From Eledone cirrhosa (lineage: Eukaryota): a stretch of 64,000 nt of DNA. Below the pieces are notes generated by a model. That model worked only from the letters and a program-made list of their open reading frames with translations, searched no databases and was not told the DNA's origin. The position numbers and the translations under genes were made by a program. Positions 57,771-64,000 of this stretch are shown one piece after another (position 1 is the stretch's first letter; each line of letters opens with the position of its first letter). The stretch spans positions 190,960,001 to 191,024,000 of the forward strand of contig OZ024740.1 of assembly GCA_964016885.1 (NCBI GenBank), in the 5' to 3' direction.

Positions 57771-60700
57771 GTAAGTGCTCTTTCCCATCTTTTCCACTCC
57801 ATTTCAACATGACCTCACTCAGCATAGGCAGCATAAATGCGCATGACTTGGGATCGTCATGGAAGCAGGGCCACCTGCTCAACGTCACTAAACATAGATG
57901 TAGTGGCCATCAGCGAGACCAGAATCTCCGAAGCACGGGCCTTCGCACCGATCTTCGGCGGCTAAGATGTGCACGCATCTCCCAGCCGTCCGGGATCGGG
58001 GGTAGGATTGCTGTGCTTTTTCGTAAATGTTTGGATCTCGCCATACGGGCCATCTTCCTGGACCCAGAAGGTAAGTTGGTGGTGCTAGACGTAACCAGCG
58101 GAGACGGGCAAGCTTTCAGGCTAGTGGCCGTCTATGCCCCGACAAGAGCAGGGCGGCCTGATTTCTTCCGGCGTATGGAGACCTTTTTGGAACGTCCCGC
58201 TCTTTAGTGTTAGTGGGCGACGGGATCTTAGATGCACGCTGGGACTGTGTGGGATTAGAGGATAGGGGAGGAGGGTGCAAGAGCCTCAACAATTCGCTCA
58301 GGCGTTTTGAACTGCCTGACAGGTATCTGGATTTCCCGAATGTGCCAATGCGGCCTTGGACATATCGCATAGGGTCATCCATATCTATCTAGATAGAGTA
58401 ATTTGTAAGGAAATAGATAGGTCTAGAATAGGCTGTCCACAATTCAAGATAGTCAGCTACACGGACCACAAATTCGTGATCTATGTACTTGAGTTAGATA
58501 AGCTTCATAGACGAGGACCCGGATACTGGAAGCTAAACGCGTCCTTACCAGCGTGCAAGGCCTACAGAGACCGTATTAGCGAACTAGTTAAGCGGGCGTT
58601 GACGGGGGCCATCGTCAACAACGAGTGGTGGTTTGCTCTGAAAAGAGCAATTAGAATAGAGTCCATTAGGTTTAGTAAGGCTTTAGCAATAGAGAAAAAT
58701 AAAGCAGAGGGAGAAGTAGTTATAAAATCAGACGAGGCGCTTAGCAAAGGTATCGCGACCGACGTACTTGTGGCGAAATTGGCCCTTGACCAATTCTTCA
58801 ATACAAAGCACGAAGGCTGCGTTGCAGAGCTAGGATGCGTGCTCTCAGACACGAGGGAACGAAAGCCGTTCAATGGGCCCGAGTGGCGAAGGCGCATCGT
58901 GGCAACAAAGCCACGATCCGGTATTTGGTGGACCACGACGGGCGCATGCCACTCGATCCGGGCAAATGTGTGAAGCTTTTCAGCGACACTTCGCTCAGCT
59001 CTTCGGGGACAGCGGTGGACAGGGTCGAGGGATGGACTTTAGTGTCTACCTCGACGGACTGCCGCGGCTCTCGGCCACTGAGCCGGCGTGTTGCGAAAAG
59101 CCGATAACAGCCGCTGAAGTAAGGGACGCAATGACTTGCTGCACAAGTGGTAAATCGCCTGGTTTGGATGGTCTGCCCTATGAACTTTACGTCCAGATGC
59201 CAGACTTGTTCGGAGGCCTATTGGCGGGCGTCTAATGCAACTAGCAACATAACGGGAGAATTCCCAGTTCTGTGAGCCGAGGAGCTGTGGCGCTGCTGAG
59301 AAAGGATCCGCTCAAGGAGGATAACATAGATAATTTTAGGCCCATAACTCTGCTAAACAGAGTTCAAGATTGTGGCCATGATGCTAGCCAAGAGATTGGC
59401 GCTTGTCGTTGGTGGTCTGGTGGGAGAGACGCAATCATGCGCCATTCCCGACAGATCCATCCACGACAACCTCCACCTAATGCGATACATCGTAGAGAGG
59501 GTAGCTAGGGAACCTGGCACGGGTGGGTTCTTGATCAATTTAGATCAGTCGAAAGCTTTCGATAGGGTCGATCATTGTTACCTAGCGGCAGTCCTGAAGG
59601 CGGCTGGCTTTGGGCCCGTTTTCAGAGTCTGCGCGTCTTCTTCGCTGCCATGCACAGCGATATCTGCTCTGTGGTGAGAGTAAACGGTCACCTTTCGGAA
59701 CCGTTCAACATCATGCGCTCGGTCCGCCAAGGATGACCCCTCTCGTCCCTCTTGTACGTATTGACTCTCGGGCCATTACTGCACAAACTGGAGACGTCGA
59801 GGGGGATCCGCGCGAACTGGGATGCGGAAGATCCGTGTCAGCATATGCGGACGATGTCACCGTAGTGGTGTCGAACGCCAAACACATCGAGGCGATCAGC
59901 ACTACACTAAGAGAATAGGAAGCGGTGACAGGAGCAATGATCAACCAGGAAAAGTCAGTGGGCCTGCAGCTCGGCACCTGGAGAGGCAGGTCCATGCCGT
60001 CCAACAGCGTCGTCAGGCGCTGGACGGACCAGTTAAATTGCTCGGGGTCTGGTTCGGTCCGGATCTCCAGACGGACACAAACTGGAACGAGGTGACGAGT
60101 AGGTGGGCTTCTCTCACCCAGAAATGGGCCGAGAGGAAGCTATCCCTGAAAGGTCGAGCGGAGGTGGCTAACGCGTATATCCGTCTGACATCTACTACCG
60201 CCTTACCGCCGTACCTTGTCCTAAGGCCCGCCTGACTGCGCTGGAGCGTTTGCTCCTTCGCCTTTTGTGGAAGGGACGTGCTCAGATGGTCAGCCGGTCC
60301 ATCTGCTGTCAACTCCCGCTACGTGGAGGGCTGGGAATGCCGTGGCTGATGATGCGCAGACACGCGCTCAGGCTACGACATCTCCACCTCTTCCTCGACG
60401 GTGATCAGGTGTGGTCGCCGTTTGCTAGACGCGTCTTTCCCCAGCTCGTCTCCTTGAAGGAGCTGCAGTCCTGGGTCAAGCGAATACCGAGAGGGAATGC
60501 TTGGAGACTGGAATGTCTTCAGGCACTCACAGCCCTCAACCAATTGGGCAATGTGATCGGTGGAATCATCATCTTGACGTTCTATAGAGGATTAGTGGGG
60601 GGAAAGAGCGACGACGTACTTGGGGAAACTCTAGTCGTCGACGAAAATCAACTAGCCAATCTCTTCGGAAGAACTTTCGGGCCGGGGCCTATGGACAACT

Positions 60701-61470
60701 TCCAGAAAACCCTGGCCTGGCAGTGCTACCGAGGAGCTTTGCCAGTTCGGGATAAACTCTACAGGCATGGAGGTGTCGTCAGCCGTGCATGTCCGAGATG
60801 CGCGCAGGGCGACGAAACCGTCCTGCAAGCACTCGTCCAGTGTCCGAGCATTGCTGACTTGTGAGTTTATGTCGAACACCTGCTGTCGCGTGTGGGACGG
60901 ATCCAGCTATCAGCTGAGTCCATCGTTAGGATTGCCCCGCCCTCTTCCTTTAGCCGAGAACGGCAGGCAGTTTTTATCTGTCTTGTGGCCATGGCGAAAG
61001 ACATAGTATGGTGGACACGTTTGAAAGGGCTGAAGACGAGCAATTACTTCTTCGGTGATGCCCTGATTAACTTTTTCAAATTTCGTTTGAAAAGGAAAAT
61101 CAGGGTAGAGAGGGAAATGCTCTCTTCCCAGCATTTTGTTGAAAGATGGGTGAGAGAAGCAAGAATGACCCGAGTGAATGGGCCTACTCTGAGTATGTAT
61201 CTGTAAATTAAAGGTCGAAAACTGGGACAGGGCACTTGCCTTGGTGGTCAGCGTCACTGTGGCCTTTTACTGGGTTTTCTCCACAAATGTCCCTCGGAAG
61301 TCTCACCCTATTGGGTAATTTGTTATTGTTATTTTTTGTTACATCCTCGGTTTTTGTTTTTTACACGCAGAAATCCCCATTTGTACCCTCCTGCATTGTC
61401 CTGCACTGTCCTTAATGTCTACTTTATATAAACCCTTGTGGTTAATAAAGAAATCATTATTATTATTATC
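57771..61470 (+). mobile_element. Tx1/L1-clade LINE ORF2 (APE, RT, Cys-rich C-terminus), degenerate, no ORF1
   Basis: VAVYAP, GPGYWKLN, KSPGLDGLP, FRPITLLN, DQSKAFDRV, AYADD, LGVWF, CPRC...ET; 3' AATAAA then (ATT)n. Confidence 0.85.
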
Positions 61471-61576
61471 ATTACAGCTGCATTTATCTTGCTTTATGTT
61501 CATACGAGTTATCACCAAGTCACAACCAGTGACCTCAAGAGACAACGAGGTCCGCCATGTTCAAGAAAGATTAGGG

Positions 61577-61800
61577 TCACTGTGGCCTTTTACTGGGATT
61601 TTTTCTCCACAAATGTCCCTCCGAAGTCTACCCCCTATTGGGGAATTTTTCATTGTTAATGTTTTTGTTACATCCTCTGTTTTTGTTTTTTACACGCAGA
61701 AATGCCCATTTGTACTGTCCTGTATTGTCCTGCGCTGTCCGTAATGTCTACTTTATGTAAACCCTTGTGGTTAATAAAGAAATCATTATTATTATTATTA
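61577..61800 (+). repeat. Second copy of the Tx1-like 3' UTR
   Basis: GTCACTGTGGCCTTTTACTGGG...GTTAATAAAGAAATCATTATT repeats 61252-61468. Confidence 0.9.
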
Positions 61801-61811
61801 TTATTATTATG

Positions 61812-61846
<35 letters not shown>

Positions 61847-61847
61847 G

Positions 61848-61878
<31 letters not shown>
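61784..61878. repeat. (ATT)n microsatellite shared by two convergent LINE 3' ends
   Basis: Direct reading. Confidence 0.95.
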
Positions 61879-61879
<1 letters not shown>

Positions 61880-64000
61880 TCTTTGAGTCTCAGTCATTGA
61901 TGTTAGTTAACTGGAAAGTTTGTTGAAATGAATATCAAGCCACTACCTGCAGCCTCAGATATTAAGGTCCTATCGGAGGGTTCTTGCTGTTCCCAGCAAG
62001 AATGCCTTTTGAAGCGTTCCAAAAGCGTGAAGGGGCCAATTTTTCTTTAACCATCCCTGGAAACTGTTTGTGATAGTCCCTAGTGCGCCTATGACAATCG
62101 GGATCAATTGACTTCATGGCAGTTCCTAATCCTTTTTACCTCCCACTTTAAGTCCTGGTATCGGTTAATTTTCTCCCTCTCCTTTGCTTGCACTCTCGTG
62201 TCGAATGGGCAGGCAACATTCACAATCAGGCACGATCTTTTTTCTTTGTCCACAACCAGCAGGTTGTGTTCCAGTTTCTTGTCCGCCTGTATCCTAAAAT
62301 CCCACAGCACCTTCACCTGATAGTTTTCTATCACCGACTCTGGATTATGCTGATACCATTTCTCAGAATGTGGTAATTTGTTTACTTTGCATAGGTGCCT
62401 GTGAATCACCCTACCCATCACATCATGTCTCCAGCCCTTATAGTGAGTCTGGGCTAGGTGTTTACACTCGGATACAATGTGAGCCACAGTCTCCTCTCTC
62501 TCTCCACAGATCTTGAACAGTGGGCTAGCATCCTCCTTGTAAATATGGTGTTTCAACCACTTCGTTTTGAGGGCCTGCACCTGCGCAGCCATTAACATTA
62601 CTTCTGTAGCCTTTTTAAGGTCTCCTCTTTTCAACCAGTTCCATGTCTGTGAATCTCTAAATTCAGTTTTCTCAAAGAAGGTACTATGAAGAGATTTTTC
62701 CTGAAGGCTGCTCTTTCTCCTTGATGTTATTTCCTCCTTGGACATCCCCTGGCCTATTTTCCCCTCCTTCAGTACAGTTCTGAGCATTGGCTCCTTACTA
62801 TCAGTCACGTATTTGTGTAGGGTGTTTTTCTCCATCTGAACACAGTCCTCTATGCTGATAAGACCTCTTCCACCTTCTGATCTCCTTAAGTAGAGTCTAT
62901 CGACATCACTCCTCTTGTGGAACATGTTGTAGATAGTCAATAGCTTCCTAGTCTTCCTATCCATTTCTTTTTGTTCAGCAACATTCCATCTCAGAATTCC
63001 CGCACTGTACCTAATAATAGACACAGCTCGGGAATTGACTGCACTTATGGCATTCCTACTGTTCAGATGTGACTTTAATATCCTCCTTATTCTCCGAATG
63101 TATTCAGTTCTTATCAATTCCTTCATTTTTTTGTTCTTGATGTCATCAGCCTCCAGAACACCCAAATACTTGTATCCTTCTTCAGTGTCAATTTCCTTTA
63201 TCATCTCACCTGTTGGTACCTGGATTCCGTTACTTCTCCTCAACTTACCCCTCTTCATCACACTGACTCCACACTTACTAATACCAAATTGCATACATAT
63301 ATCATTGCTGAAAATACGGACAGTGCCAACAAACACATCCAACTCCTTCTCACTCTTCCCGAAGAGCTTAAGATCGTACATGAAGAGGAGGTGATTGATG
63401 GTAAGCCCTCCCTTTCCCAACCTGTATCCTGCTATCACTTTTCGCAGTACACTGGTCAGGGGCATCAGGGCAAGGACAAACAACAGAGGGGACAGACTAT
63501 CTCCCTGAAAGATACCTCTCTTGATCTTCACGCTTCCCAAGGAATCTCCAGTTGACGTTAACTCTGTTTCCCAGGACTTCATACTTTTGCCCAAAAACTG
63601 TCTGATGTTATCTGCCACTTTGAAGATCTCCAGGCTTTTGGTGATCCAAGAATGAGGCACCATGCCAAATGCCTTTTTGTAGTCTATCCATCCCTTGGCA
63701 AGACCAGTGTGTCTACTCTTGCAAATCCTCATTACCATCTTATCAATAAGTAACTGGTCCTTTGTACCACGTGACTTCTTTCGGCATCCTTTCTGTTCGT
63801 TCGGTAACATGTTGTTTGTGTGGAGGTGATTGTAGATTTCCTCAGACATAATGCTTGTCAACAGTTTCCACATGCGGACAGACATGTGATAGGTCTATAG
63901 TTGGTAACATCATTACCCTTGATTCGGTCTTTCATTATCAGAACTGTGGTACTTTTGTCAACGACTCTAGTACCTCACCTGACATGAAGCAGTCACTGAA
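61879..64000 (-). mobile_element. Dong/R4-clade non-LTR retrotransposon, degenerate (ORF 62104-63885)
   Basis: [30 protein letters not shown], mutated FMYD, YKYLG, GGRGL, RHD, KE.EK..RY; PD motif missing; 3' end in (TAA)n. Confidence 0.85.

Overview
AT-rich, microsatellite-dense eukaryotic intergenic DNA; the repeat content looks cephalopod/Octopus-like, which is an inference. No host gene is recognisable. The window is almost entirely nested retroelements. Penelope-like elements (PLEs; RT plus GIY-YIG) of at least three types (Naiad-like, Nematis-like, Neptune-like) dominate and sit in (TA)n tracts. There are also CRE-, Tx1/L1-, Dong/R4-, RTE- and CR1-type LINE remnants, a tRNA-type SINE and a rearranged mariner. 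About ten insertions from unrelated families share one architecture: two head-to-head copies of the hammerhead-bearing 3' end, usually one stopping at a 'short' end and the other carrying a 55-165 nt 'tail'. They range from a ~110 bp micro-insert to a near-perfect 3.85 kb palindrome. About 30 intact or degenerate type I hammerhead ribozyme (HHR) motifs were read by eye, including U3:A8 core variants and tandem or circularly permuted HHR units that resemble retrozymes. All folds, boundaries and clade calls are manual.
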